From: a virus
Lineage: Duplodnaviria; Caudoviricetes
Reading direction: 5' to 3' (one strand)
Virus record (IMG/VR): IMGVR_UViG_3300043422_000208
Location: 1 to 52,432 of that record
DNA length: 52,432 nt
The notes under the pieces are model-generated. The model was not told the origin of the DNA. It did not search any database and saw only the letters and a program-made list of their open reading frames with translations. Positions 1 through 9,461 of this stretch are shown in pieces (position 1 is the first letter of the stretch; the number at the start of each line of letters is the position of its first letter). Both the position numbers and the translations under genes were made by a program.

Positions 1-127
1 AGATTTTATTAGAAGTAGGGCTGGGAGAGGGAATATGTAAGGGTTGTGTGGGATTATTTTATGTGGTATTGTGGACAGGTAGTAAGTAATAGGTGGAAGA
101 TGGAATTGGAAAAAAGTTAAGTTTGGA
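1..127 (+). repeat. Left inverted terminal repeat (127 bp)
   Basis: Bases 1-127 are the exact reverse complement of 52306-52432; identity ends after GTTTGGA. Confidence 0.95.
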
Positions 128-328
128 AAAATGGAAGATCGGGGAAAAGGAGAAAGTCAGTCTTAGCTATATCTTGAAGTCTTATAGTGATTTTGAGAAG
201 ATGGTGAAGTTTGGGGTTAATTCTTATAAAGGGAAGTAAGGGATTATGGAGTACAAATTGAGTACTTTTTTAGATACAGTGATTGTGTGTACAGACGAAA
301 ATCATAGAGAGAATGTTGAGGATACTGA

Positions 329-778
329 ATGTTGTTAAAAGAATATGTGGAAAATTTAGATCAAATTGATCAAGATGTGATTAATTATGTTTTAAAACAA
401 AAATGGAATGATTCAAGAATCAGTTTTTACAAAGAAATTAGGATTGTAGTAGAAAAAGAAATTGTAGATATTTTTGGAGTTTTAATTCCTAACTATTCAG
501 AAGTTCTTTTAGATATGGAAAGAATCGATTGGAAGAATGTAGATATAGATTTTGATTTATTTTTTAGATCTAAAGAATTTTATTTTATTAAAAAGTCTAA
601 AAAGCATTCTTTGTTCAGCAGTTTTATTGAAAAAATCAATGTTTGGCTCATATATATAGCTTTTCCTGATTTCATTTCAAATCTTTCAGGAGTTCCTTTG
701 TATGTTTTAAAAGTAAAGAAAGATAGAGATTTGTTTACAAAGTTTCTTATTCTTATTAGTATTTTAAAGGATTTTTAA
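329..778 (+). CDS. hypothetical protein (putative early gene)
   Basis: 149-aa ORF, tightly coupled to the next ORF; no motif recognised. Confidence 0.6.
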   Translation: MLLKEYVENLDQIDQDVINYVLKQKWNDSRISFYKEIRIVVEKEIVDIFGVLIPNYSEVLLDMERIDWKNVDIDFDLFFRSKEFYFIKKSKKHSLFSSFIEKINVWLIYIAFPDFISNLSGVPLYVLKVKKDRDLFTKFLILISILKDF

Positions 779-979
779 ATGACATACCCTGTTTTGACTT
801 TGGAACAATACGATAAATTTGATGAACTACTGAGAAAGTATGCTAAAGAAGAAGACCAAGAAAACTATTTTAAAACTCTAGAAGAAATGGATCTTTTAGA
901 AAGAAAAGTTTTAAAAAATAGAAGAAAACCACCAACTACACCTAAACCAAATTCCAGAATAGAGACTAGAAATGATTAA
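779..979 (+). CDS. hypothetical protein
   Basis: 66-aa ORF that starts right after the upstream stop and overlaps the methylase start. Confidence 0.6.
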   Translation: MTYPVLTLEQYDKFDELLRKYAKEEDQENYFKTLEEMDLLERKVLKNRRKPPTTPKPNSRIETRND

Positions 980-1847
980 ATCTAATAAATATCTTACAAC
1001 TTTACCTAAACCTTTTCTGAAATATGCTGGAGGTAAGCAACAGCTTTTACCAGAAATCATTCCTAGAATCCCTAAAGATTTTAAAAGGTATTATGAACCT
1101 TTTCTTGGAGGTGGAGCAGTATTTTTTAAATTACGACCAAAAGATTTTCTTATTTCTGATGTTAATAAAGATTTAATTAGAACTTATCATGCTATTAGAG
1201 ATAATTTTAAGATTCTTTTTTTAGTAGAAAAAGCTTTTGAGAAATCTTATGGTGATTTAATTAATGAAGAAACTTTTTACATTTTAAGAGATATTTACAA
1301 TGGAAAAGTTACTTCTAAAGTAAGATTTGATCTTCTTTTACAGAAAGCTTACTTATTTATTTATTTAAACAAAACTTGTTTTAATGGCTTGCATAGAGTA
1401 AATGCTCATGGTGATTTTAATGTAGGTTTTGGTAAAACTTTCTATGATTCTGTGCTAGATAACAACAACCTCTTTCACTGCCATAAACATTTATCCCAAG
1501 GACAGATTCAATATGTAGATTTTAGGGAAGTATTGAAATGTCCTGAAGAAGGAGATTTTGTATTTTTAGATCCTCCATATATGCCAATTTCAGCAACTTC
1601 TAATTTTACTAATTATACTGCTGATGGCTTTACCTATAATGATCTTTGTGATCTTCATAGGTGTTGTTTAGAGTTAGATGCTAAAGGTGTTAAGTTCATG
1701 TTTTGTAACTCAGATTGTGAATTAGTGCATTCTATGTTTGAGGAGTTTAATGTAGAATTAGTAGAAGCTAGAAGATCTATTAACTCAGATGGTGAAAAAC
1801 GTGGTAAGATTAACGAAGTGTTGATTACTAATTATGAGGTTAATTAA
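972..1847 (+). CDS. dam: DNA adenine methyltransferase (D12 class, Dam-like)
   Basis: LKYAGGK, YEPFLGGGAV (motif I), DPPY (motif IV), FNGLHRVN and C-terminal EVLITNY. Confidence 0.93.
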   Translation: MIKSNKYLTTLPKPFLKYAGGKQQLLPEIIPRIPKDFKRYYEPFLGGGAVFFKLRPKDFLISDVNKDLIRTYHAIRDNFKILFLVEKAFEKSYGDLINEETFYILRDIYNGKVTSKVRFDLLLQKAYLFIYLNKTCFNGLHRVNAHGDFNVGFGKTFYDSVLDNNNLFHCHKHLSQGQIQYVDFREVLKCPEEGDFVFLDPPYMPISATSNFTNYTADGFTYNDLCDLHRCCLELDAKGVKFMFCNSDCELVHSMFEEFNVELVEARRSINSDGEKRGKINEVLITNYEVN

Positions 1848-1904
1848 GATGAAAACTTTAAATATCACTGCTAGGAGTTTATTCTATACTATGGTTTTAT
1901 AAAC

Positions 1905-2087
1905 ATGAAAAATAAAAAATCGGCAAATTATATACTAGTTAAAGTGTTGGGGGGTACACTTCTTGCAGCATGTTTAGCAAATAGTCGTGAAGAAGCAAAA
2001 TCAATTTTTGAGTGTAAATTTGATTTTAATTTGTATGGTTTAAATGGATTAGTAGTCATTTGTGTTGAAGAATTTGAAATTTACTAA
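1905..2087 (+). CDS. hypothetical protein
   Basis: 60-aa ORF in the + strand run. Confidence 0.45.
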   Translation: MKNKKSANYILVKVLGGTLLAACLANSREEAKSIFECKFDFNLYGLNGLVVICVEEFEIY

Positions 2088-2104
2088 GTAATAAAAAGGT
2101 TAAA

Positions 2105-2647
2105 ATGAGTAAAGTAGATTGTAAGGTTTGGTCAGAATATGTACCAAATTTAGCTCAAGAGCAAATAGACTATATCAGAAATAAATATAAAGGAATTTAC
2201 ATTGATCATGAATTTGAGTATTCCACTGATTTACCTTTATCTAAAAATTCAGGTTTTAATATCAAAACAGACTCATATAGAAAAATGTCTGCTGCTAAAG
2301 AATATGGTAGCAATTACAGTTTTGAGTATTGGGAAGTTGATTTAGATATTGTATTAGATTTATGTAAAACATACCCTTCAGTAGATCGATTTATCAGTAT
2401 TCTTAACTCTATATGCTGGTATTATCAGAGAAATAATGATTTTGCTTTTTCTCAATTAAAAACAGTTGTAGGTTATCATCATCCTTGGTTTGATTGCATA
2501 TTTCCTCAAGATAATTCAAATTTTGGAATAGTTAATTTTAAAGGTTTTTACCTTGCAAATATTCCATCTCTTCCTAAACAAACAGTGATTACTCTTAGTG
2601 CAGCTAAGAGGCTAGGCATGTGCTATAATGCCCCTAGTGACTCTTAA
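2105..2647 (+). CDS. hypothetical protein
   Basis: 180-aa ORF with AAAGG upstream; no motif recognised. Confidence 0.6.
   Translation: MSKVDCKVWSEYVPNLAQEQIDYIRNKYKGIYIDHEFEYSTDLPLSKNSGFNIKTDSYRKMSAAKEYGSNYSFEYWEVDLDIVLDLCKTYPSVDRFISILNSICWYYQRNNDFAFSQLKTVVGYHHPWFDCIFPQDNSNFGIVNFKGFYLANIPSLPKQTVITLSAAKRLGMCYNAPSDS
2619..2629 (+). promoter_or_regulatory. extended -10 promoter (TGTGCTATAAT)
   Basis: Consensus TGn-TATAAT about 28 nt upstream of the 2657 start. Confidence 0.55.
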
Positions 2648-2656
2648 CAGACTAAT

Positions 2657-3253
2657 ATGGATTGCACCACACCTAAAATACTACTACCTCAAACTCAAAA
2701 ATCAGGGTACAAAAGTAGGTATGCTCAAGGGGAATTTTATGAAGAAATTGACTCTGGTTTAGGTGTGTCGGAAAAGAATTTTCAATTTTCAGTTCCTGCT
2801 ACTGCTTTAGAATCACCTCAGAAAGATTTTGGCTGGTTTCTTGGATCAGGAACTTTAATTGTAACTTTACCTAAAGAAAAATTTTTTCCTGGGTTTTGTG
2901 ATTCAGGAGAAAGATTTAGAGTATTTAGTTTTGGGCAATATGAAGTTTTTATAAAACCTGGTCTTTTTGTTAGATCACCTTTAGAGCTTGTTTTTGAACC
3001 TTTTCAATATTTTATATTTCTTAGTATTTTTCCTGATGAACTTACTACTGGTAATATTATTTTGTGGTTAAATATTACAGAAAATATTATAAACAGTACT
3101 CTTGATGATTTTGTTTATTTAGAATCTTCAAATTTACTTTTAAATAATTCAGGTGTATCGAATGTTGTTTATTTTGAAACAGGATCTCTTACTCACGGGA
3201 ATGATGATTTTAATAACCAAATTTTTGTAGGTGCAGATCCTATTTTTTTATGA
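2657..3253 (+). CDS. hypothetical protein, probably virion/tail-associated
   Basis: Coupled by an ATGA overlap to the adhesin genes; beta-rich composition. Confidence 0.45.
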   Translation: MDCTTPKILLPQTQKSGYKSRYAQGEFYEEIDSGLGVSEKNFQFSVPATALESPQKDFGWFLGSGTLIVTLPKEKFFPGFCDSGERFRVFSFGQYEVFIKPGLFVRSPLELVFEPFQYFIFLSIFPDELTTGNIILWLNITENIINSTLDDFVYLESSNLLLNNSGVSNVVYFETGSLTHGNDDFNNQIFVGADPIFL

Positions 3254-4389
3254 AAACACAATTTACTATTACAAGAACTACATCAACTACTAACAGTTTA
3301 GTAGTCAATTTAGCTGTTAGCGGTACTTTAGTTTTTGGTTCTGATTATACTGTTACTGGTGCTACTACTTTTACAACAACAACTGCTTCAATTACAATTG
3401 ATCCGGGACAAACTTCAAAAACTATTTATATAGATACTGTATTTTCTACTAATCCTTTTGGCATAGATAAGACAATTATTTTAACTGTTGTTGCTTCTAC
3501 AAGTTATCTAGGTATTTCTCCTTTATCTTCTACAATAACTGTAAAAGCTAATCCTGTTCAATTTATTCTTGACTATTTAACAAATCAACCTAAATGTGCT
3601 GTAGCTTTAAGAAAGTTAAGATCTGCTTATACTGGAAACTGTCTAAGAGTTGTAAATAATACAACTCTAGTAGAAACAGATATTGGTTTTACTCCTTCTG
3701 GTGCTTTAGATGTTGCTGCTTTAAGAACTGCCTGTGGTACAAGTTTAGGAACTGTTAGAACTTGGTATGATCAGTCAGGAAATGGTAATAACATTACACA
3801 GACTCTCTTAGCAAATCAACCTGTTATTTGGCGTTTAGGTGGATCTCTTTCTAGTTATTTAGATCAAACACCTGCTATTTATTTTGATTCTACATCTAAA
3901 TGGTTAGTAACAAATTCTACTACTTTTTACAGTTTTACTCCTAGCTTTTTTACTATATCAGAAGTTCATGCTTTAAATAATATTACAAATCAAAAAGTTT
4001 TAAGTCATTTTAATGGTTCTGCTTCTCAAGATTGGACATTTCCTTTGGGATATGGAAGAAAAAGAGTTTTTTATACTGGAGCTTTTGGTTCAACTACTTC
4101 TGGTCTTCTTCTTTCTATGCCTGCTGATGCTAAGAAATACTCTTATATGATGGTAGGTAAACAAGGAGCTAATTGCGATGTTTATGAAAATAATGTTTTA
4201 TTTACTACAGGATCTACACAACCAAGCCTTCCTCCTGGTGGAACTAAAAATTTAGTAATAAATTCAAATTCTAGTGGATCTGCTAGTACTGTTTATTTTT
4301 ATGAGTTAATTTTATGGGATGTGCAAATTAATGCAACAGAAATTGGTCAAGTAAATAATTCTCAAATTTTTCATTATAATATTTCTTAG
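3250..4389 (+). CDS. tail fiber/adhesin: Calx-beta-like N-terminus plus arabinofuranosidase-B/ConA-like domain
   Basis: FTITRT..LVVNL..SGT..GSDY Calx-beta pattern; ALRKLRSAYTG..DIGF..TWYDQSGNGN motif. Confidence 0.7.
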   Translation: MKTQFTITRTTSTTNSLVVNLAVSGTLVFGSDYTVTGATTFTTTTASITIDPGQTSKTIYIDTVFSTNPFGIDKTIILTVVASTSYLGISPLSSTITVKANPVQFILDYLTNQPKCAVALRKLRSAYTGNCLRVVNNTTLVETDIGFTPSGALDVAALRTACGTSLGTVRTWYDQSGNGNNITQTLLANQPVIWRLGGSLSSYLDQTPAIYFDSTSKWLVTNSTTFYSFTPSFFTISEVHALNNITNQKVLSHFNGSASQDWTFPLGYGRKRVFYTGAFGSTTSGLLLSMPADAKKYSYMMVGKQGANCDVYENNVLFTTGSTQPSLPPGGTKNLVINSNSSGSASTVYFYELILWDVQINATEIGQVNNSQIFHYNIS

Positions 4390-4391
4390 TT

Positions 4392-6047
4392 ATGGCAAAT
4401 TCTATAATTACTTTTTCAAAAACTGATTCTTTAGGAGATACTTTAGAAGTAGGTTTTATTGTTTCAGGTTCAGCAGTTTTTAATGTAGATTATACCGTTA
4501 CTGGTGCTACTACTTTTACAAATACTAATGGCACTGTAACAATTCCTAGTGGTACTCAATCGGTAGATATTCAATTAACTACAATTCCACAAGTTATACC
4601 CTCTCTGGTAAATAAAACAGTTGTTATTGATTTAGACGGTAATGGATATATTAATGCATCTCCTAGCACTGTTACTTTAACTATTATTCCGTTAAAAGTT
4701 ACTATGCCTTTAGATTTCATTAATCAGAAGCCTTTAGCTGCTTGGAGTTTAAGACAACTAAGAAGAGAATATGTAGGAGATTGTATTAGAGTAAAAAGAA
4801 TTTCAGATGGAGCATTTTTAGATGTTGGTTTTTTAGATGATGGATCTTTAGACACTGTTAGTTTGTTGACTTTTGCTGGTATTAATGAGTGTGGAGTAAC
4901 GATTTGGTATGATCAATCAGGTAATAATTTTAACTATGTTCAAAGTACTGATGCTTTGATGCCTAGAATTGTTGGTATTGGTGGAGTTTTACAGCAGTTC
5001 AGAGGAAAAGTTGGAATAAAGCAAGCAACTACTCAATTCTTACAGGCACCTCTTGCTAATTTTATTCCTGCTGGGCAATTCAACTATACTATTAGTATGG
5101 TTGCTGCATATACGGGAATTGCTAATGCTAGAAGTTTTACAAATGCTAATGCTTATTTTACTTCTTTTTGGGGTTCTGTATTTAGAACTGCTTTTAAAAT
5201 TACTAATGGTACTAATGGAGTCATGGCAGCAGATACTTTCATACATGTTGTAAATGAGGTTGGTAGAGAATCTGTAGCACCAGATTTTTATGATAGTACA
5301 TATCCCTTTAATTATGGGCAATCTGGATACCCTTCTATAAGTGTTTTATTAAGTCAAGATTTTAGAACTAATTCTAATGCTAGTGTTTCCGCTCCTTCAG
5401 ATTGTTATATTTATGAGCAAATTTATTTTCCTGATACTCTTTCACAACCTAATAGAGCTAGTTTAACTAAAGTACAACAAATATATTATTTAGGTATTAG
5501 ACCAACAACAGCTAATTTAGATTTTTCTTCTTTTGGTGATTCTTCAGGTTTATTTTACTATTTAGGAACTAGGGGTTTACAAGAAACTTGGTCTAATCCT
5601 GCTAACTATAGAGTAAATTTTGCTGGTTCTAATTTATCTACTACTATAAATTTATCAGATAGAAATACTACTACTAATTGGACATCTGATAGTGAAGGTT
5701 ATCTTTTAATAGTGTTAGAAGAAGATACAGACTTTAGACTTACTGATTATGTGATTAGAAGTGGTACTAATAATTTTCCTAGAAATTGGATTGTACAAGG
5801 AGCAACAAGTTTGTTACCTAATTGGAGAAATGTTGCTTTGGCAGATCTTAATCTTAATTGGGTTACACTAGATACAGAAGTTAATAACACGACAATAAGT
5901 GCTGCTAATACTTATTATAGATTTACTGTGACACCAAATGGCTATTACAGATTTTTTAGATTTCAAACTACAGGAAATAATAGTGGTGGTACTCTAACTT
6001 GGCTATTAAGCGAGTTAGAACTTTATGGAAATTTTAGGAGTTTTTAA
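4392..6047 (+). CDS. tail fiber/adhesin: Calx-beta, ConA-like and C-terminal discoidin (F5/8)-like domains
   Basis: Paralogous to 3250-4389 (SLRQLRREYVG, WYDQSGN); C-terminus has PRNWIVQG..YYRFFRFQTTG..LSELELYG. Confidence 0.7.
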   Translation: MANSIITFSKTDSLGDTLEVGFIVSGSAVFNVDYTVTGATTFTNTNGTVTIPSGTQSVDIQLTTIPQVIPSLVNKTVVIDLDGNGYINASPSTVTLTIIPLKVTMPLDFINQKPLAAWSLRQLRREYVGDCIRVKRISDGAFLDVGFLDDGSLDTVSLLTFAGINECGVTIWYDQSGNNFNYVQSTDALMPRIVGIGGVLQQFRGKVGIKQATTQFLQAPLANFIPAGQFNYTISMVAAYTGIANARSFTNANAYFTSFWGSVFRTAFKITNGTNGVMAADTFIHVVNEVGRESVAPDFYDSTYPFNYGQSGYPSISVLLSQDFRTNSNASVSAPSDCYIYEQIYFPDTLSQPNRASLTKVQQIYYLGIRPTTANLDFSSFGDSSGLFYYLGTRGLQETWSNPANYRVNFAGSNLSTTINLSDRNTTTNWTSDSEGYLLIVLEEDTDFRLTDYVIRSGTNNFPRNWIVQGATSLLPNWRNVALADLNLNWVTLDTEVNNTTISAANTYYRFTVTPNGYYRFFRFQTTGNNSGGTLTWLLSELELYGNFRSF

Positions 6048-6429
6048 AATGTTAATTACTAAACCAACTGTTGTAGAAATTCTAAGTGTTCAACCAAATT
6101 ACTCTAATCCTAGGTACAGTGATTTTTTATTGACTACAATTGATGAAGCTTATTTATTGTTCGGCCCATACATAAAAGATATCCCTGAAGATAATCAACT
6201 TATGGCTTTAGGTTATGCTGTATGTCATTTATTTACCATTCAATGTTGGGCTGATCAGGGCTATCCTGGAGTGCCTACGAATCTTAGTAGTAGAAACTCT
6301 TCTGTAAAATTTGCAGAAGGTAAGCATGGTATTTTTTCTGGTAGTAATTGTGGAGAAAAATTGAGGTACTTGATCAACAACTATAAAAAAATGGGTGTAT
6401 ATGTTGCACCTAAAGCTGATTGTTGTTAA
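6025..6429 (+). CDS. head-tail adaptor (DUF4054-like); likely start at ATG 6049
   Basis: Size and the pattern A..Y.VCHL...SS...SV.F.....S.CG..L. Confidence 0.5.
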   Translation: MEILGVFKMLITKPTVVEILSVQPNYSNPRYSDFLLTTIDEAYLLFGPYIKDIPEDNQLMALGYAVCHLFTIQCWADQGYPGVPTNLSSRNSSVKFAEGKHGIFSGSNCGEKLRYLINNYKKMGVYVAPKADCC

Positions 6430-6456
6430 ACTGTTTTTAAATGTTATTGGTAAACC

Positions 6457-6744
6457 ATGGAAATTATTATAGACCTTGAAACTTTAAAATCTTCTTTTCC
6501 TCACTTAGCAGATAATCCAGATCAACTAGACGCTCTTGTAGCTGAAACTAGAGGAATCTATGAGAATGCTGCTAAATTAGCTGCTCAAAGACAGCAAATA
6601 GTTATACCTTCAGAACCATTTTTATCTTCTGAAAATAAAACTATAGAAGATAAAGATGAAGTATCTGTTAAGTCTAAAAATCGTAAATTAGGAAAACAGG
6701 AGCATACTGAAGCTATTCTAGAAATTCTTCAAGATGAGGGCTAG
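6457..6744 (+). CDS. hypothetical protein
   Basis: 95-aa charged ORF. Confidence 0.55.
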   Translation: MEIIIDLETLKSSFPHLADNPDQLDALVAETRGIYENAAKLAAQRQQIVIPSEPFLSSENKTIEDKDEVSVKSKNRKLGKQEHTEAILEILQDEG

Positions 6745-7593
6745 TTACACAATTTTAGGATTGAAATAGAAATTGTTCTGATTAGATACAGTTACTGTAA
6801 CTGAGTTAGACGTAGCAGAATTGATGAAGATTTTATCTTCATCAATTTTTATTGTGCCTACATCTGGAGTAAGTTTACAAAAAATATTATAAACTCTTTG
6901 TGTTTCTCCTTTGTTTTGTAATACTACTTCAAATGGTAGAGTATTTGTAAGTGTAAAGCTAGATACTTGATTTCCAGTGTAAAGAACATTAAGCACAGTT
7001 CCAGAAGTTGTAAATTTCGCTTCTTTGACAGGATTATATTTTATTTCTGTAGCTTGAAGGTTAATTGGAGTTCCAAATACAAAACTAGGAATTAAAGTAT
7101 CTACTGTGGAAATCCTGTATTCTATTTCTACAAATTTACTGTTTTTTGTATTTAGTTCTTCATCTTTAGCGTAGATGTCAAAACCACTATAAATTTTTAT
7201 GAACCCATAGTATTGTACATTTTCAGTATCTAGAGATTCATTAAAAGGATAAATAACCCTACCCGCATAGTTTCCATACTCTGAGTTTATCCCTTCATTT
7301 TTTTCTTTTCTTTCTCCAATGTTGTTGGCTTCTTCTATAGAAAGATATACTAAACTGCATTTCCCTACTCCAAAATTCTTTATTAAAACTTCTGGACAAT
7401 CAGCATTAGAGATAGGAGGGAAAGTAGAATAGCCAATATATTGATTTATGTCGTTTCTTAAGATTAATTCTGGACTAGAGTTTTTGTTACTAAACAACAC
7501 ATACCAACCCAACGGAGAATTTACATCAATAGTAATGTCTCTATTGTCAGGTTTAAAAAATACACAGTTGGAAAAATGAAGTAAGCAATTCAT
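6745..7593 (-). CDS. hypothetical protein (possibly structural)
   Basis: 282-aa beta-rich ORF. Confidence 0.55.
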   Translation of the reverse strand: MNCLLHFSNCVFFKPDNRDITIDVNSPLGWYVLFSNKNSSPELILRNDINQYIGYSTFPPISNADCPEVLIKNFGVGKCSLVYLSIEEANNIGERKEKNEGINSEYGNYAGRVIYPFNESLDTENVQYYGFIKIYSGFDIYAKDEELNTKNSKFVEIEYRISTVDTLIPSFVFGTPINLQATEIKYNPVKEAKFTTSGTVLNVLYTGNQVSSFTLTNTLPFEVVLQNKGETQRVYNIFCKLTPDVGTIKIDEDKIFINSATSNSVTVTVSNQNNFYFNPKIV

Positions 7594-7949
7594 AGGTTTA
7601 AAGTTTCAAAGTAATTAGAGATCAACATTCCTGTAACTTCTTCAAGATCAATATTATCAATAATGTAATCTTCTAATTCCGGCCTATCATCATTAATAAA
7701 TTCTGTATCAGGATCATCGGAAACAATTACAATTCCATGGATATCGCATTCTTCTATACTAAAAGAATTTTGGTACCCTTCTGTCATACTTACTTTTGCT
7801 TGATCTCTAGTATCTCTAGCAACACCAGCAAGGATTATTTCTTTTGAGTATTTTCTTACAGTTGTATTAAATTCTGTTTGCCAGAGAATCTTATCATCAA
7901 AAACTTCTTCTATTCTTTCTTGAATAATTCCAACTACATCATAAGTCAT
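7590..7949 (-). CDS. hypothetical acidic protein (possibly tail completion)
   Basis: 119-aa ORF divergent from the tail tube gene. Confidence 0.5.
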   Translation of the reverse strand: MTYDVVGIIQERIEEVFDDKILWQTEFNTTVRKYSKEIILAGVARDTRDQAKVSMTEGYQNSFSIEECDIHGIVIVSDDPDTEFINDDRPELEDYIIDNIDLEEVTGMLISNYFETLNL

Positions 7950-8048
7950 TATTTTATTAGTTTTAAAAAAATACTCCTCAGAATCTATTTTTAATGTTAC
8001 ACTAAAATAGACTTAAAAGTACTTTTAAATTAAAATAAGGATTTCTCT

Positions 8049-8810
8049 ATGAGCGCTATTTGTTCTCAGGTTCTAGGTTCTAATATTCGTGCTGCTGTAC
8101 TTCCTAACCTCGATTGTGGCGATACAGCTCCAGTTCAGCAAGTAATTAACACTGTTGCAATTGCTCTTAATGATCGTACAGCTACTATCGGATTGGATCC
8201 TGCTTATATTGCTGGTGGTTATACTGCTTCTACATCTTTGCCTCTTTATAAAGGCACAATTCTGTTTTTTGGCACTACTGCAATTGAAGTAACAGAAACT
8301 ACCAATATTACTACTACTCCTGCTGCTGTAGCTATTAAGGCGGCTCCTGCTGCTGTAGCTATTAATGGCACTGCTAGTTCTGTGTTGGCTGCTATTCTTT
8401 GTACTAGTGGTTTCAATATTTCTGCACCTCCTCAAACTGCTACTAATTCCACTACTTGTACTGGTAACTTGTTAACTGACGTTAACACTGGATATAAGAG
8501 AATGGCAACAATTCAAGGATTCCCTGATCGTAATGATCAAGCTTATTGGAATATTCTTGAAAAGGTTGGTAAGGAACTTGGTTCTGTTTATTACTTGGTA
8601 GATTACAACGGACAATATTCGGAAAATGGTGTAATGCAACTTTCCTACCCCGATAAGCAACAGGGTAACGTTGCTCAGATCCAAACCTACCAGATTCAAG
8701 GACAAGTTCAGTCCTTTGAAGTACAAGCAGGTTCTAGCATCCTTACACCTACTCAGCTTACCGCTGTAAATGCTCTTCGTCGCCTTTACGGTTTCACTGC
8801 TGCAAAGTAA
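8049..8810 (+). CDS. major tail tube protein (putative)
   Basis: A/T/G-rich 253-aa protein with the codon style of a highly expressed gene; has its own promoter and terminator; ends in a tube-like YQIQGQ strand. Confidence 0.6.
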   Translation: MSAICSQVLGSNIRAAVLPNLDCGDTAPVQQVINTVAIALNDRTATIGLDPAYIAGGYTASTSLPLYKGTILFFGTTAIEVTETTNITTTPAAVAIKAAPAAVAINGTASSVLAAILCTSGFNISAPPQTATNSTTCTGNLLTDVNTGYKRMATIQGFPDRNDQAYWNILEKVGKELGSVYYLVDYNGQYSENGVMQLSYPDKQQGNVAQIQTYQIQGQVQSFEVQAGSSILTPTQLTAVNALRRLYGFTAAK

Positions 8811-8832
8811 GGTTAAGATGCTTTGTTAAACA

Positions 8833-8868
8833 AAGGTCAAGTGTAGTAGCTTGGCCTTATTTTTTTTT
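8833..8868 (+). terminator. intrinsic terminator
   Basis: AAGGTCAAG/CTTGGCCTT stem followed by a T-run. Confidence 0.75.
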
Positions 8869-8877
8869 AAAGGAGAT

Positions 8878-9090
8878 ATGAGAAACTTATTTGTTATCCA
8901 TGCTATACTGTCTTTAATAATTATTTTAGATGTAATTGTTGGAAGAGTTTTTAAAGAACAAAGAAGTGATACTTACGATCTAGGTATTGTAAGTACTGTT
9001 TTTGCTTATTGGTCGAAATCACCTTCTGTAAAATTAAAAGGAAAAAAAGAAGATAAAATTCTAAAACCAGAGGAAAAAAAGAATGATTGA
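8878..9090 (+). CDS. small membrane protein (holin-like)
   Basis: AAGGAG Shine-Dalgarno before ATG 8878; two hydrophobic segments and a basic C-terminal tail. Confidence 0.4.
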   Translation: MRNLFVIHAILSLIIILDVIVGRVFKEQRSDTYDLGIVSTVFAYWSKSPSVKLKGKKEDKILKPEEKKND

Positions 9091-9376
9091 TTATTTAGAT
9101 GAGGCAGATATTTTAGTCAAAGATTCTTCTTCAAAACCAAAAGTTAAAGAAGTTAAATCTAAAATATCTGCTTTTACAGAAGATATTTTATCAGAATTAT
9201 TAACTAGAGATTTAACAGGTTTTACTACTGGAGAGCTTATTGCTATTTATAAATTTATGGTAACTAATAAAAACAATTTATTGGATGAAAATGAAGATAT
9301 AAAAATAAAAAATAAGGTTGTAGATCCTTCTGAAATGACAGTATCCGAGTATAAGGAATATATGGCAAATCTTTAA
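9083..9376 (+). CDS. terminase small subunit (putative)
   Basis: Directly upstream of TerL; C-terminal DPSEMTVSEY resembles the D.S.LS.EEL tail of TerS. Confidence 0.45.
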   Translation: MIDYLDEADILVKDSSSKPKVKEVKSKISAFTEDILSELLTRDLTGFTTGELIAIYKFMVTNKNNLLDENEDIKIKNKVVDPSEMTVSEYKEYMANL

Positions 9377-9461
9377 AAATTGTAAAGATTTTATAAAGTT
9401 TATTATTTTTTAACAATTTTTACAGAACTAAGCATATATCCGATATAAAATAGAATCAGTT

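Noticed and set aside
93-338. Tiny ORFs near the left end (93-239, 246-338) and at 31300-31391
   Set aside because: Too short and motif-free to support; possibly gene remnants.
5040-5321. Alternative-frame and antisense ORFs in the track (5040, 5053, 8073, 8472, 9667, 9807, 15007, 15220, 15724, 16178, 19453, 23146, 26443, 26723, 32623, 35969, 36033, 37966, 45418, 51096)
   Set aside because: They are nested in well-supported genes or pseudogenes and have shadow-frame composition.
3250-6047. Diversity-generating retroelement acting on the adhesins
   Set aside because: No reverse transcriptase and no template/variable repeat pair differing only at adenines was seen.
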